Below are positions 1 through 9,949 of a stretch of 64,000 nucleotides of DNA, one piece after another. A program made the position numbers and the translations under genes. The notes below the pieces were generated by a model. That model made no database searches. It had not been told where the DNA came from and saw only the letters and a list, made by a program, of their open reading frames with translations. Every line of letters begins with the position of its first letter. Positions within the stretch are counted from its first letter, which is position 1. This stretch comes from a virus. The stretch spans positions 1-64,000 of IMG/VR virus record IMGVR_UViG_3300042503_002645. The stretch is one strand, 5' to 3'.

Positions 1-101
1 CCGCTGCAGCCGATTCCCTGGCCGAATACCAACCCGTGGACAGGCAAGCCGTGGACAAGCGTGCCCTCTAGTGAACTCACCGCTAACCCAAGGAACTAAA
101 C

Positions 102-533
102 ATGCCCGCACCGAACGCCCGTTTCATCATGAACGCCGAGCAGCGCGTCTACGTGGAGAAGTCCTGGGGCCACGAGGACTGGATCTACAACGGGCGCTAC
201 TGCGGCAAGAAGCTCCATGTCAAGAAGGGAAAATCCTGCTCTTTTCACCATCACCGGGTGAAGGACGAGGTGATGTACCTCGAGTCTGGTAAAATCGTCC
301 TGACCTACGGCTGGGACGAGGATCCCGCGCACGCGGCGCAGATCACCCTGACGCCCGACATGGCGTTTCACATCCCGCCCGGCATGTGGCACCAGTTCCA
401 GGGGCTCGAAGAATCGGTGATCACGGAGTTCAGCACGCACCACTCTGACAAGGACGTAGTGCGGGCGGGCAAGGACGGCACGGAGGTCGTCGGCGATGAA
501 GAGGAAGAAGAAGGCACAGACCAGCGCCGTTAG
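102..533 (+). CDS. Cupin-fold protein (mannose-6-phosphate/sugar isomerase-like)
   Basis: Motifs VEKSWGHE..YCGKKL..CSFHHHRVKDE and HIPPGMWHQF match the cupin metal-binding motifs; AAGGA RBS upstream. Confidence 0.8.
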   Translation: MPAPNARFIMNAEQRVYVEKSWGHEDWIYNGRYCGKKLHVKKGKSCSFHHHRVKDEVMYLESGKIVLTYGWDEDPAHAAQITLTPDMAFHIPPGMWHQFQGLEESVITEFSTHHSDKDVVRAGKDGTEVVGDEEEEEGTDQRR

Positions 534-2622
534 TCCGGCCCGCGCGTTTGCAATCAAGCTGGCTGTTTCGGACGAGACGCTGAGTTTCAAAGCGCCAAAG
601 CCTCCAGCCCCGGCAAAATTGCCCGCGTTGTCCAGTCCGGCTTCGGTTTCGGCGCCGAAGCCGCTCGCGGCTCCTCGGTCTTCAGTGCCGCCGCCCGCCG
701 ACTATCGCGGCAAGGGCGAGTTTGGCGCGCCGAAGTGGACGCCGACTCGCGCGCCGTTCATGAAGACCAAGGCGCAGCTCGATCAGGAGCAATCGCTCGA
801 TCCCAACAACACGACGCCGCGCTACGGACCCGTTAACAGTTTTTTCGCGGGGTTGAAAGGTGTGGGCGCTGCCGGAGGCGCGGCCGCGTTGAATCTTGGC
901 GGTACGGTTCTTGGCAAGCCGGTTGCCTGGGCCGTCGACAATGTTGGCGGGCTGGCTGGCAAGCAGCCTGGTTGGCAGGAGGGCCTCGACGACCATCTGG
1001 CCGTGCTGCAGGATTGGCGCGACCGCGGCGCTCACCAGTTCCTTCACAGCACGCGTTCACGCGCCCTGGATGATTCGCTGGCGGCGAACGCGTCACAGGT
1101 GGCGCAGCACGCCACGCCGAGCATGCAGAACGTCTACAACACGGCGAACACCGCGGGCGAGGTTCTTCCGCAGGCCGTGGGCTACGGTAAGGCGATGCGC
1201 CTGGCTGGACGCGGGGTGCAGGCGCTGAGCTCGCTGCCGATGATCGCCGAGAGCGCGCCGGTCGTAAGCATGGCCGCCCGCGTGCCGGAGCCGGTCAAGC
1301 AGCTCGCCTCGTACGGGCTGGGTGTGCCGTTGTCCAGCAACGTGAACCCGACAGCGCTCGCGGCGGCCAACTTTGCGCGGATGAACGGCCACGCATTTGC
1401 CCGCGGGTTCGACGGGGGCAACGCGCAACACAACAACCCGACCAATTTCCGCTATTTGTTCCCGACTGAGCAGGCCTACAGCGGGCTGTTCGATGCGGCG
1501 CGCAGCGTTGGTGACCCTGTGGCGGCGATGCAGGGCGCCACGGTCAGCGCGGACAACGGCCAGCTGGTTGTGACGACGCCGGGCGGGCAGGCGCGACCTT
1601 TCGACCAGCTTTCTCCCGACGCAGCTGACGCGGCGCTTCGCAATCCGCAGAACATCGACGCGTTGGCGCAGACAATCACTGAGCTGCCCAACAACCTGAA
1701 GACGCCCGAAGAGCGTGTGTTTTCAGGCACGCCGCAGGATCCGCTTGCCAAGACGGAAGCTCCGCAACCGGCGACGTTCAAGCTGCCTGACAGCGCGCCG
1801 CCGGAAGCGCACGCACAGGTCGAGGCGGGGACGAAGCAGGTCCAAGCGCTTCCCGACGAAGACAAAGCCACCGCGGTTGCGGCGGTGCAGAATCCAGCGG
1901 GGCCCGAGGCGGAAACGCTCAGGCAGCGAGGTGCACAGAACGCGTTGAACGAAGCCGCCAGTGACCCCCGTACTCCGCCGCCGAGTAATCCCGCGCAGTA
2001 CGGCGAGTGGGTCAACGGCGTCGTCGGGAACTTCCAGAAGATGGACGGCATGTCGCAGCTCGCCATGGGACTGGGACTGGGCGCAGGGCTGCTCGGCCTT
2101 CTCGGCGCGTTTGACGAAGAGGGCGGCGTTGGCGGCTTCTTGCTGGCCGCGCTCGGTCTGGGCGCCGCAGGCTTGGGCGCCGCGGGCTCCGGCATGCTCG
2201 GCAACGACGCGCAGCAAATGGTCGGCAGTGGCATGCGCAGCGTCGCGAACATGTTCGGCGCCAAGATGCCAGAACGCGCGAACCTGTCGCCGCTGCTGAG
2301 CAAAGACGTGATCGCTGACGTGAACAACCAGCTGGGCGGAGACGACTGGTTCAGCAAGATTCGCGCGGCGGCGGGCGCGGCCATGAACCCCGAAGAGGTC
2401 AAGGCGAAACTGAAACAGGTCGAGCAGGTCAAGCAGCTCACCAGCCTGCCGAGTTTTCTCGCCCTGCCGTTGCTGCGGTCGCTCGACCCTGAAAACATCA
2501 AGACGACAGAGCAGGCGCAGCAGGCTTACGACAACGCGATGCGCATCCGCCGTGCGCTCGACAACCCGAATTCGCCACTCGCCAAAGCGGTTGAAAGTGG
2601 ACAGGGTTGGTTTGGCGGGTGA
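496..2622 (+). CDS. Putative internal virion/ejection protein with glycine-zipper membrane segments
   Basis: 708 aa, Ala/Pro/Gly-rich, no Cys, N-terminal IKLA motif, hydrophobic GLGLGAGLLGLLG and LAALGLGAAGLG segments. Function is inferred. Confidence 0.5.
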   Translation: MKRKKKAQTSAVSPARAFAIKLAVSDETLSFKAPKPPAPAKLPALSSPASVSAPKPLAAPRSSVPPPADYRGKGEFGAPKWTPTRAPFMKTKAQLDQEQSLDPNNTTPRYGPVNSFFAGLKGVGAAGGAAALNLGGTVLGKPVAWAVDNVGGLAGKQPGWQEGLDDHLAVLQDWRDRGAHQFLHSTRSRALDDSLAANASQVAQHATPSMQNVYNTANTAGEVLPQAVGYGKAMRLAGRGVQALSSLPMIAESAPVVSMAARVPEPVKQLASYGLGVPLSSNVNPTALAAANFARMNGHAFARGFDGGNAQHNNPTNFRYLFPTEQAYSGLFDAARSVGDPVAAMQGATVSADNGQLVVTTPGGQARPFDQLSPDAADAALRNPQNIDALAQTITELPNNLKTPEERVFSGTPQDPLAKTEAPQPATFKLPDSAPPEAHAQVEAGTKQVQALPDEDKATAVAAVQNPAGPEAETLRQRGAQNALNEAASDPRTPPPSNPAQYGEWVNGVVGNFQKMDGMSQLAMGLGLGAGLLGLLGAFDEEGGVGGFLLAALGLGAAGLGAAGSGMLGNDAQQMVGSGMRSVANMFGAKMPERANLSPLLSKDVIADVNNQLGGDDWFSKIRAAAGAAMNPEEVKAKLKQVEQVKQLTSLPSFLALPLLRSLDPENIKTTEQAQQAYDNAMRIRRALDNPNSPLAKAVESGQGWFGG

Positions 2623-2657
2623 CTTGATAAACTGGACACATCAACGGAGGCTGACGC

Positions 2658-3227
2658 ATGAGCAACTTTTCTGAGTTTTACACCCGGCTAGCCGTCAAGC
2701 AGGCAAGCCTGGCGCAGATGATGAAGGCCGCGCGCTGCTGGTCGGGCTACGAGCCGGTCCCGGGCAAGGCGCCCTACAGCGAGGACTCCTGCCGCCCGGC
2801 TGGCAGCAAGAAGAAGAAAGACGCGGCCAAGGAGAAGAAGGCCGCGATGTCTTCTTTCACGGCAAGCAAGCGTCCGACCATGACTCAAATGGCGCCAAAG
2901 CCCGCCGAGCCGCCCGTGAAGCCGCGTGTGGCGCCCAAGGGCGCGCCGCCGTACGTCTCTCTCGGACAACGCGCTGCCGAAGAAGCCGCTGCCAAGCGGC
3001 CGCCCGATGTGGGCACGATGGTCAAAATGCAGTCGGCCGGGCTGTCGCCCGCGCAGGCGGCCAAGGCGGCAGCTAGCTCGGTCTACCGCTGCGCGACGAA
3101 GACTCCCGAGGCCGTTGTCGACAGCAAGAAGCCGACGAGCATCGGGCAAGAGCACAAAGTGACGCGCCCTGAACCAGCTCAGTCCGAAGATCTCCGACCC
3201 GAGGAAGTGCAGCCGAGCAAGTCGTAA
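2658..3227 (+). CDS. Basic putative head-core protein with CWxGY Cys motif
   Basis: ACGGAGG RBS; KQA/KAA motifs; RCWSGYEPVPGKAPYSEDSC resembles a small motif seen in large-phage virion proteins. Confidence 0.5.
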   Translation: MSNFSEFYTRLAVKQASLAQMMKAARCWSGYEPVPGKAPYSEDSCRPAGSKKKKDAAKEKKAAMSSFTASKRPTMTQMAPKPAEPPVKPRVAPKGAPPYVSLGQRAAEEAAAKRPPDVGTMVKMQSAGLSPAQAAKAAASSVYRCATKTPEAVVDSKKPTSIGQEHKVTRPEPAQSEDLRPEEVQPSKS

Positions 3228-3238
3228 TAGATATCTAT
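3227..3238. repeat. AT-rich palindrome copy ATAGATATCTAT (dispersed AAAGATATCTTT family)
   Basis: Perfect 12-bp palindrome in the intergenic gap before phoH. Confidence 0.75.
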
Positions 3239-3270
3239 CACGCCACGCCCTGAAAAGGACTCCCGGCGCT

Positions 3271-3987
3271 ATGCGGAAAAATACAGTGCGGGTCGCGGAG
3301 AAAAAAACCGCTGAAAAAGCCCGCCGACGGCAAGAGCGCCAGGAAGTCCGGGAACAAGTTGTCCGGCAGCCTCTGGAGCTCACCTGGAAGACCAAGGCGC
3401 AAGCCGACGCCTGGTCCACGCTCGATAAAAGCCTTATCACTTTTTTGCTCGGCTCTGCGGGCTCCGGCAAGACGTTTCTCGCGATGGCCTGCGCCATCAA
3501 TGCCGTGCTGACGGGGCAAGCTGAGAAGATTGTGCTGACCCGGCCGATCGTCGACGCGGGCGAGAAGCTGGGCTATTTGCCAGGCACCTTCAACGAGAAG
3601 GTCAACCCGTACATGCAGCCGCTGTACGACGCCATGGAGGTGCTGGTCGGCAAGCAGTCTGCCAAGCGCGAGATGATCAACAAGGCGGTGGTGTTGGCGC
3701 CGCTGTGCTACATGCGCGGACGGACGTTCACCAACTCGATCTGCGTGTTCGACGAAGCCCAGAACGCGACCTTTGCGCAGCTCAAGCTTTTCCTGACGCG
3801 TTTCGGCGAGAACAGCCGTTTTGTCATCACCGGCGATCCTGATCAGAGTGATCTGCCGTTCTCGCCGCCGCCGCTGCGCGAAGTCGTCAGCAAGCTTTCG
3901 GGCGCGAAGGGCATCGGCGTGGTGAAGTTCGGCGAGAACGACGTCGTGCGGCACCCGATTGTCAAGACCATTCTGGCGCGCCTCTGA
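3271..3987 (+). CDS. phoH: PhoH-family ATPase
   Basis: Walker A GSAGSGKT plus LTRP, LGYLPG, MRGRT, DEAQN and TGDPDQSDL, all PhoH signature motifs. Confidence 0.95.
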   Translation: MRKNTVRVAEKKTAEKARRRQERQEVREQVVRQPLELTWKTKAQADAWSTLDKSLITFLLGSAGSGKTFLAMACAINAVLTGQAEKIVLTRPIVDAGEKLGYLPGTFNEKVNPYMQPLYDAMEVLVGKQSAKREMINKAVVLAPLCYMRGRTFTNSICVFDEAQNATFAQLKLFLTRFGENSRFVITGDPDQSDLPFSPPPLREVVSKLSGAKGIGVVKFGENDVVRHPIVKTILARL

Positions 3988-3992
3988 CGAGC

Positions 3993-4020
3993 TTGACCAA
4001 CAACTGGAGCGCGCTAAACT
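3993..4020 (+). promoter_or_regulatory. Sigma70-like promoter candidate
   Basis: TTGACC (3993-3998), 16 nt spacer, TAAACT (4015-4020), directly upstream of the gene at 4066. Confidence 0.4.
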
Positions 4021-4065
4021 CTTCGGCACCGTGCTAGGGTTTTCACCCCCATTGCTGGAGAAGCC

Positions 4066-4587
4066 ATGTCGCTCGACATTGAACTCACGTTGGCAGAATT
4101 TGCGGTTGCTGTGCAGAGCACGATGACGCGCATGTTGGTGTCCGCCGGACAGCAACTCAATCACGCGTCGACCTACAAGCGCACCTATCTCGAGCGGCTG
4201 CACGAAGAGACGGTTGGCTGCTGCGCCGAAATGGCGATGGGCAAGCTCGTCAACCGGTATTTCATCCCGGAAGTCGGCACGTTTCACGAAAAGCCGGACT
4301 ACCTTCACGATATCGAGATCCGCGCCACCAGCCGCTTGGACGGGCGGTTGATTGTTCGTGACAACGACCACAACGATCGCCGCTATGTGTTCGCCACTGT
4401 AACGGGGCAGGTAGTTTCTTTTCACGGTTGGCTTTACGGCTACGAAGCCAAGAAGAACTCTTGGCTGACCAACCCCAACGACTACCGGCTTGCCTGGTTT
4501 GTGCCGCAAAGCGCTCTGCGTCCGATCGAGACGCTCGAGCTGCATGTTGATGCCGCGGCCGTTGCGCAGGTTGAACAGCCCGCGTAA
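4066..4587 (+). CDS. Hypothetical phage protein, possible PD-(D/E)XK-like nuclease fold
   Basis: GGAG RBS; G..AE.A helix followed by PD...DIEIRAT resembles a restriction-endonuclease-like core. Confidence 0.5.
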   Translation: MSLDIELTLAEFAVAVQSTMTRMLVSAGQQLNHASTYKRTYLERLHEETVGCCAEMAMGKLVNRYFIPEVGTFHEKPDYLHDIEIRATSRLDGRLIVRDNDHNDRRYVFATVTGQVVSFHGWLYGYEAKKNSWLTNPNDYRLAWFVPQSALRPIETLELHVDAAAVAQVEQPA

Positions 4588-4588
4588 A

Positions 4589-4885
4589 CTTCTTGGATCA
4601 CTCACCCCCTACGTAGGGTACATGCGGGAGTGTCGCAAGGGAGGCGGTTTGCTGCTGCGCGTTCGGCATGGCGGACGTAAGAGCGCAGACTTTTACCTGC
4701 GGAGTCAGCTGGGGCTGGCTTGCACCTTATCGGATAGCCGAGGTGCCGGGATGCGCGCAAAGATATCTTTGAGCGCTTAACGCTGGTTGCTGGGTTTTCA
4801 TGTAGTCCGAGCTTCCTTCGCCCTTACGCAACACGAGCACAAGCGGGACACGAGCGGTCCTGCTGCCAGCGCCCAGCCCGCGTTA
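4589..4885 (+). ncRNA. Possible structured non-coding element
   Basis: About 300 nt with no credible ORF and several stems (CACTC/GAGTG, CCCT/AGGG, CTGCGC/GCGCAG, GCACCTT/GAGGTGC, CGCTGG/CCAGCG). It contains the palindrome CAAAGATATCTTTG at 4758-4771. High GC makes chance stems possible. Confidence 0.3.
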
Positions 4886-4899
4886 TTCAGGAGTTCGCG

Positions 4900-5016
4900 A
4901 TGATCGAGTTCGCCCTTGCCGCGTTCGTCTTCAGCGCCGCGCTCTTTATCGCGGTCTGCGCGCTGGGCGCTGCCGCCTTCATCTACAAAGACGTGTGGCG
5001 CAACGACGAGAGGTGA
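4900..5016 (+). CDS. Small single-pass membrane protein (38 aa; not in ORF track)
   Basis: AGGAG RBS, then MIEFALAAFVFSAALFIAVCALGAAAFIYKDVWRNDER*. Confidence 0.6.
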   Translation: MIEFALAAFVFSAALFIAVCALGAAAFIYKDVWRNDER

Positions 5017-5025
5017 CTCTCGCGC

Positions 5026-5520
5026 ATGCGCCCGAGGGACTGGGCGCCGTCCCCGGGGCACGCGGTTATGGATCTTCCAGCGCGCACTTCTCAAATGGTG
5101 GGCCAGGCGGGTACGCACTACGCCGCCATGGAGCTTTTCAAGGTCGGAATCGCCACGGCGCACCCGACAGTCGACGTGGGCTACGACCTGATCACGGACG
5201 CCCACGGAATCTTGAAACGCTGCCAGGTGAAAGCCGAACTGGACGGCTCAGCCGAGCGGCAGCAGCTCCACCAACTGCGCTTCAACATGCGGCGCCGCAA
5301 GACTAAGCTTGTAGGCGATGGTGTGCGCGAGAACCGCGACCAGCAGTACACGACGTCGATGATTGACGTTATGATCTGCGTCACGATGAAGCACGACAAG
5401 ATCTTCATCGTTCCCGCCAGCGAGATCGACTTCTCCAAGGATTGGATCTACTACGCGCAGCTCGCGCCCTGGGAAAAAGCCTGGCACGTGCTTCTGACAC
5501 CCCACGAGGTTCCACGATGA
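5026..5520 (+). CDS. PD-(D/E)XK endonuclease-like protein
   Basis: G.AG...A..EL...G...YDLITD......RCQVKA pattern, with a QxK catalytic variant. Confidence 0.7.
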   Translation: MRPRDWAPSPGHAVMDLPARTSQMVGQAGTHYAAMELFKVGIATAHPTVDVGYDLITDAHGILKRCQVKAELDGSAERQQLHQLRFNMRRRKTKLVGDGVRENRDQQYTTSMIDVMICVTMKHDKIFIVPASEIDFSKDWIYYAQLAPWEKAWHVLLTPHEVPR

Positions 5521-5975
5521 CTCACGAAGAACTGGTGCGCGCGCTGAACGCCGACCTCCGCAACGAGCGGCAGCATCTGAACTTCTACCTGTACCACGCC
5601 AGCGCCGTTGCCGGTCTTCACGCTCACGAGTACCGCGAGTTTTTGCTGGAAGCGGCCAAAGGCGAGATGGAACACGTGCTGGCTTTCCAGGACCGCATTT
5701 TTGGGCTGCATCCGGAGCACCTGGCGGGCCACAACTCGCCTGGACTTAGCGCCAACGCGTTCAAATCCGAGCTCCTTACCGTCGCACCTGAAGCGATTCT
5801 CCGCGCCGCGCTCGAGATGGAAAACGAAGTCGTGCGCAACTACACCGAGCGGCTCGCGCAGCTCGAAAAGTCGGAGCACCCTGCCGCGGCCTACATGAAG
5901 ATCTTCTACGAGGACCAACTGCAGGACAGCTACGAGGACGCGGAGCGGCTGCGGCGGATTCTGGCGGGCGTTTGA
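5517..5975 (+). CDS. Ferritin-like diiron protein (bacterioferritin/Dps/rubrerythrin superfamily)
   Basis: LN.DL..E....FY..H, EMEH and LEME..V..Y four-helix pattern; ATGA overlap with the upstream gene. Confidence 0.8.
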   Translation: MTHEELVRALNADLRNERQHLNFYLYHASAVAGLHAHEYREFLLEAAKGEMEHVLAFQDRIFGLHPEHLAGHNSPGLSANAFKSELLTVAPEAILRAALEMENEVVRNYTERLAQLEKSEHPAAAYMKIFYEDQLQDSYEDAERLRRILAGV

Positions 5976-6006
5976 GCGCGACGGTTTACAGCCATTGGAG
6001 CGCGGC

Positions 6007-7107
6007 GTGTACGACTTCCTCATCGTCGGCAGTGGACTTTACGGCGCTGTGTTTGCGGAGCGTTGCCGGGCAGCGGGCAAACGCGCGCTCGTGATAGACC
6101 AACGCGCGCACATCGGCGGTAACTGCTACACAGAGAATCGAGACGGCATCGCGGTTCATGTCTATGGGCCGCACATCTTTCACACTAGCAACCGGCGGCT
6201 CTGGGACTACGTCCAGCGGTTCGGCCAGTTCAACAACTTCGTACTGCGCCCCAAAGTCCGTTACGGGGACGATCTCTATTCGTTCCCTATCAATCTTTTC
6301 ACGCTTTACCAGCTGTGGGGCGTTTCGACGCCCGGCGAGGCCCTGACTCGCCTGGAAGCCGAGCGCGTTCACGTTGCTGACCCGACGAACCTCGAGGACT
6401 GGGTCCTCAGCCAGGTGGGCCGCACCGTTTACGAGAAGTTCATTCAGGGCTATACCCAGAAGCAGTGGCAGCGTGATCCTCGGCAGCTGCCCGCCTCGAT
6501 CATCCGTCGCCTGCCGATTCGCACGACGTTCGACGACAACTACTTTATGGACGCCTATCAGGGCATCCCCGTCGACGGCTACACCGCCGTGATCGCCCGC
6601 ATGCTCGATGGGACTGAAGTCGTGCTGGGCGAGGACTATTTGGCGCGGCAGAGCTACTGGGACGCCAAGGCCGAGCGCGTCGTGTTCACCGGGTGCATCG
6701 ACGCCTTCTACCGATACTGCTACGGTGCACTGGAGTACCGGTCGCTGCGCTTCCGCCATCAGCGGCTGGAGGTCCCCGATTTCCAAGGCGTGGCCATGGT
6801 CAACTACACTTCAACGGCGGTCCCATTTACCCGCATCGTTGAACACAAGCACTTCACCGGCGTCCAGACGCCTTTCACCCACATCACGCGCGAGTACCCC
6901 GAGACTTGGAGCCGCGGTGATGTGCCATATTACCCCATCTGTGACGCGGAGAACCAGGCGCGCTACGAACAGTACGCGGCGCTGGGCCGCGCCTCGCCGC
7001 GCTACATTTTTGGCGGCCGACTGGCCGAGTACCGCTACTACGACATGCACCAGGTGATTGGCAGCGCGCTGCATCGGTGCGCAACACTTGGAATGGACTT
7101 AACATGA
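6007..7107 (+). CDS. glf: UDP-galactopyranose mutase
   Basis: YDFLIVGSGLYG FAD-binding start, HIGGNCY, HVYGPHIFHT, YQGIP, LEYRSL, PYYP, GRLAEYRYYDMHQ. GTG start at 6007 follows GGAG. Confidence 0.95.
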   Translation: MYDFLIVGSGLYGAVFAERCRAAGKRALVIDQRAHIGGNCYTENRDGIAVHVYGPHIFHTSNRRLWDYVQRFGQFNNFVLRPKVRYGDDLYSFPINLFTLYQLWGVSTPGEALTRLEAERVHVADPTNLEDWVLSQVGRTVYEKFIQGYTQKQWQRDPRQLPASIIRRLPIRTTFDDNYFMDAYQGIPVDGYTAVIARMLDGTEVVLGEDYLARQSYWDAKAERVVFTGCIDAFYRYCYGALEYRSLRFRHQRLEVPDFQGVAMVNYTSTAVPFTRIVEHKHFTGVQTPFTHITREYPETWSRGDVPYYPICDAENQARYEQYAALGRASPRYIFGGRLAEYRYYDMHQVIGSALHRCATLGMDLT

Positions 7108-7715
7108 AAACTCTTCAGCAGATCCTAGACTCCGTGTTGGTCGCCGGACTTTACGACGACGGCCGTGCAATCTACCCAGAACGTTTCCGGCCCTACTTTT
7201 CGAAAACCGGTAGCTGGCAGCAGCCTGAAGAGCTGGCCGCGTTGCTCCATTACTTGCAGGACTATCCAATCCAGTCGTTTCTGGAGATCGGCACGTTTCA
7301 GGGGCGCACGTTTAAGGTGATCGCCGACTTTCTTACGGAGCTAAATCCGCAGGTGCGTTGCTGCACAGTCGACCCCATCGTGCATTCTGACCGCCTCGAA
7401 GACCCGCGATACACTTACATCCTCGGCACGGCCGAAGCTGTCGCGCATGACTCGTTTGATTTGGTCCTCATTGACGGCGATCACGCGACTAACTCAGTCC
7501 GTTCCGATTTTGAGCGGGTGGGGCGGCAGGCAAAAATTTGCGTCTTTCACGACATTGAGGACCAGTTCATCGCGGCTGATTACCCAGGCGGCGGTGCGCC
7601 GCGCGTCTGGGCCGATTTACGCCGCGAGCTGGCGCAGACACACGCCGTAATCGAGTTCATTGCACCCGACAAGCCGACGCGTAACATGGGCATCGGTGTC
7701 CTGATCAAACTGTGA
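7104..7715 (+). CDS. Class I SAM-dependent methyltransferase (Methyltransf_24-like)
   Basis: FLEIGTFQG, FDLVLIDGDH and VFHDI motifs. Confidence 0.85.
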   Translation: MKTLQQILDSVLVAGLYDDGRAIYPERFRPYFSKTGSWQQPEELAALLHYLQDYPIQSFLEIGTFQGRTFKVIADFLTELNPQVRCCTVDPIVHSDRLEDPRYTYILGTAEAVAHDSFDLVLIDGDHATNSVRSDFERVGRQAKICVFHDIEDQFIAADYPGGGAPRVWADLRRELAQTHAVIEFIAPDKPTRNMGIGVLIKL

Positions 7716-8539
7716 GAAATGCTATGCGCAGAATCGTCGTCACTCCCGCGGGCCGATCGCGGTATTTGAGCCTGCTGGCGCGCCACCTCGCCGCGCAGCG
7801 CACGTCGTTCGATGAGTGGCACGTGTGGCTCAACACGGACGTACCTACCGATATCCAGCTGTGCCGCGACCTGGCGGCGCGCTACTCCTGGGTGAAGCTC
7901 ATCCCGCTGAACACCACGTTCAACCGCAACTTTTCAATCCACTCGTTCTTCAAGAATTGCGTCGACCCCTCCGCGATGTATTTGCGGTTGGATGACGACG
8001 TCGTGTGGCTCGAGCCTGAGTTCGCGGAGAAGATGTTCGCGTTCCGCGAGCGCCGCCCGGAGTTTTTCCTGGTCTACGGCAACATCATTAACAACGCCGT
8101 GATCTCCCACATTTACCAACGCTGCGGCCTGATCGACTACCGGTACGGCCGCTGCGGCTACGACTGTCTCGACGGCGTGGGCTGGGCCACGCCGAAGTTC
8201 ACACAGTATCTCCACGAGACGTTCCTGGTCGACCTGGCTGCGGGCGCGACCTCCCGTTGGCGTTGTTTTCCCGAATGGCAGCTGTATCTCTACGAGCGCG
8301 TGTCGATCAACGCCGTGGCGTTTCTGGGCTCGGACTTCGCGCGCTTCAAGGGGGCGGTCCCGCCCGATGAGGAGCCCTGGCTGGCGAGCATCTATCCGGC
8401 GGCCGAACAGAAGATGTGCGCCATCAACGGCTCGGCGCTGTGCGTCCATTTCGCGTTCGGCCCTCAGCGCGTCCTCCCCGCCTTCGACGAGGCGACGCTG
8501 CTGGCTCAGTACGAGAAGTTTGCGCCCGTTCTTGCATGA
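7712..8539 (+). CDS. Putative glycosyltransferase (GT-A fold)
   Basis: VVTPAGR start and YLRLDDDVVW DxD motif; lies in the glycan cluster. Confidence 0.65.
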   Translation: MRNAMRRIVVTPAGRSRYLSLLARHLAAQRTSFDEWHVWLNTDVPTDIQLCRDLAARYSWVKLIPLNTTFNRNFSIHSFFKNCVDPSAMYLRLDDDVVWLEPEFAEKMFAFRERRPEFFLVYGNIINNAVISHIYQRCGLIDYRYGRCGYDCLDGVGWATPKFTQYLHETFLVDLAAGATSRWRCFPEWQLYLYERVSINAVAFLGSDFARFKGAVPPDEEPWLASIYPAAEQKMCAINGSALCVHFAFGPQRVLPAFDEATLLAQYEKFAPVLA

Positions 8540-8548
8540 GGTCTGCGC

Positions 8549-9949
8549 ATGTCGTTGCCAGTGACTGCACATCAGCAGTTGGTCGTGATCCCTGACGCGG
8601 CGTTCTCGCCCTACATGGTGCCGGGTAATCCGCGGGCGCACACTTACCTGGAGTTTTATCCGGAGCGCCAGTACGCCCACACGATGGTGATCGCCCCGCA
8701 TCATCACGAAGCGTGGCTCAATACCCACCTGTTCAAGATCGCCCTGTTCTGCCGGGCCAACAACATCAAGTTGGTCTCGATCGGCCACGAGAACCAGCTG
8801 CCATTCTTCGGCATGTTCTCCGACGCGGTAATTCTCCAAAAAGGCAGCCTGCATGAGCTGTTCGGCTGGTTCTCCACCTTCTCGACCGACACGCGCAACT
8901 TTGACAAGATCCCGGGCTGGGTCGACGTCTACAAGCACGACGACTTGCCCTGGGACGCGCTGCCCGTGCCGGTCGAACAGACTGTCCCCGACGCGCGGGC
9001 GAAGTTCCGGTCGCCCTGGCGCGCTATCTACGGGCACTACCCGGCCGAACACGTAATCGCCGTCTTCAGCGATTGCCGGATTTTTATCCGCGAGGCCAGC
9101 AAGGCGACCTTCGACCGGCTTAACGACGAGAACAAGCTTCCACGTCAGGCGATCTGGTGCGAGGTCAAAGAAAAGTACGGCAAAATGAACGCGCGGCTCG
9201 AGAATCTTCGCGCTGCCGGGCTGCCGTTGGTGGGCGTCAACAAACAGCTGCAGCGGGATCTAGTCCGCGAGCACGGCGCGGACTTCATGACTCTGCAGAT
9301 CCTATGCTCGTTGCGCAACGAGTGCCGGATGCTGTTGGGGGCTGGGAGCGCGCACGTCTTCGCCGTTGCCCCGGCCAACCACGCGATGGCGTTGGCCCCC
9401 GCAGATCGGTTCTACGACGCCGAGACCGAATACATCGTGCGTAAGTTCAACCAGCACCGTTTCGGCGCCGTGCCCTACGTCGAGGAGGCCACGCTGACGT
9501 TTCTTTGCACGGAAGATCCACGGCAATACTCGCCGAAACGCGAGGATGAACATATCGCGCACTGGCAGCTAGATTACTTTCTGCCCGAGGAGGCACTGCG
9601 CGCCTATCTGGAGTGCGCGCTGGCGATCCCGCCGCGCACGAGCGTGGAGGAAGTGACCTGGGAGGCGTTTCGCGCCGAGCGCCGTTTTGATCCGTTCACC
9701 AGCGGCCGCCAAATTCGGTTTCAGCGCGGCAGCGGCGAACATTTGTCGGATGTAATTCTTGAGCCGGACGGTACACTGACCCCGCGCTCGACGAACGAGA
9801 CTTACTGGAGCCAGGTCGGCGACAGGCTAGCGTTCAAGATGCACCTCGGACAAACGGCTACAGTTTTTCGGCCTGAGAATGACTCGACGCTCAGCGGATG
9901 TTTTATTTACAACCAGCCCATCCTCCATCAACTGCTACTTATCCCGTGA
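8549..9949 (+). CDS. Hypothetical protein in glycan-modification cluster
   Basis: 466-aa ORF with native codon usage, coupled to its neighbours. No motif recognised. Confidence 0.6.
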   Translation: MSLPVTAHQQLVVIPDAAFSPYMVPGNPRAHTYLEFYPERQYAHTMVIAPHHHEAWLNTHLFKIALFCRANNIKLVSIGHENQLPFFGMFSDAVILQKGSLHELFGWFSTFSTDTRNFDKIPGWVDVYKHDDLPWDALPVPVEQTVPDARAKFRSPWRAIYGHYPAEHVIAVFSDCRIFIREASKATFDRLNDENKLPRQAIWCEVKEKYGKMNARLENLRAAGLPLVGVNKQLQRDLVREHGADFMTLQILCSLRNECRMLLGAGSAHVFAVAPANHAMALAPADRFYDAETEYIVRKFNQHRFGAVPYVEEATLTFLCTEDPRQYSPKREDEHIAHWQLDYFLPEEALRAYLECALAIPPRTSVEEVTWEAFRAERRFDPFTSGRQIRFQRGSGEHLSDVILEPDGTLTPRSTNETYWSQVGDRLAFKMHLGQTATVFRPENDSTLSGCFIYNQPILHQLLLIP

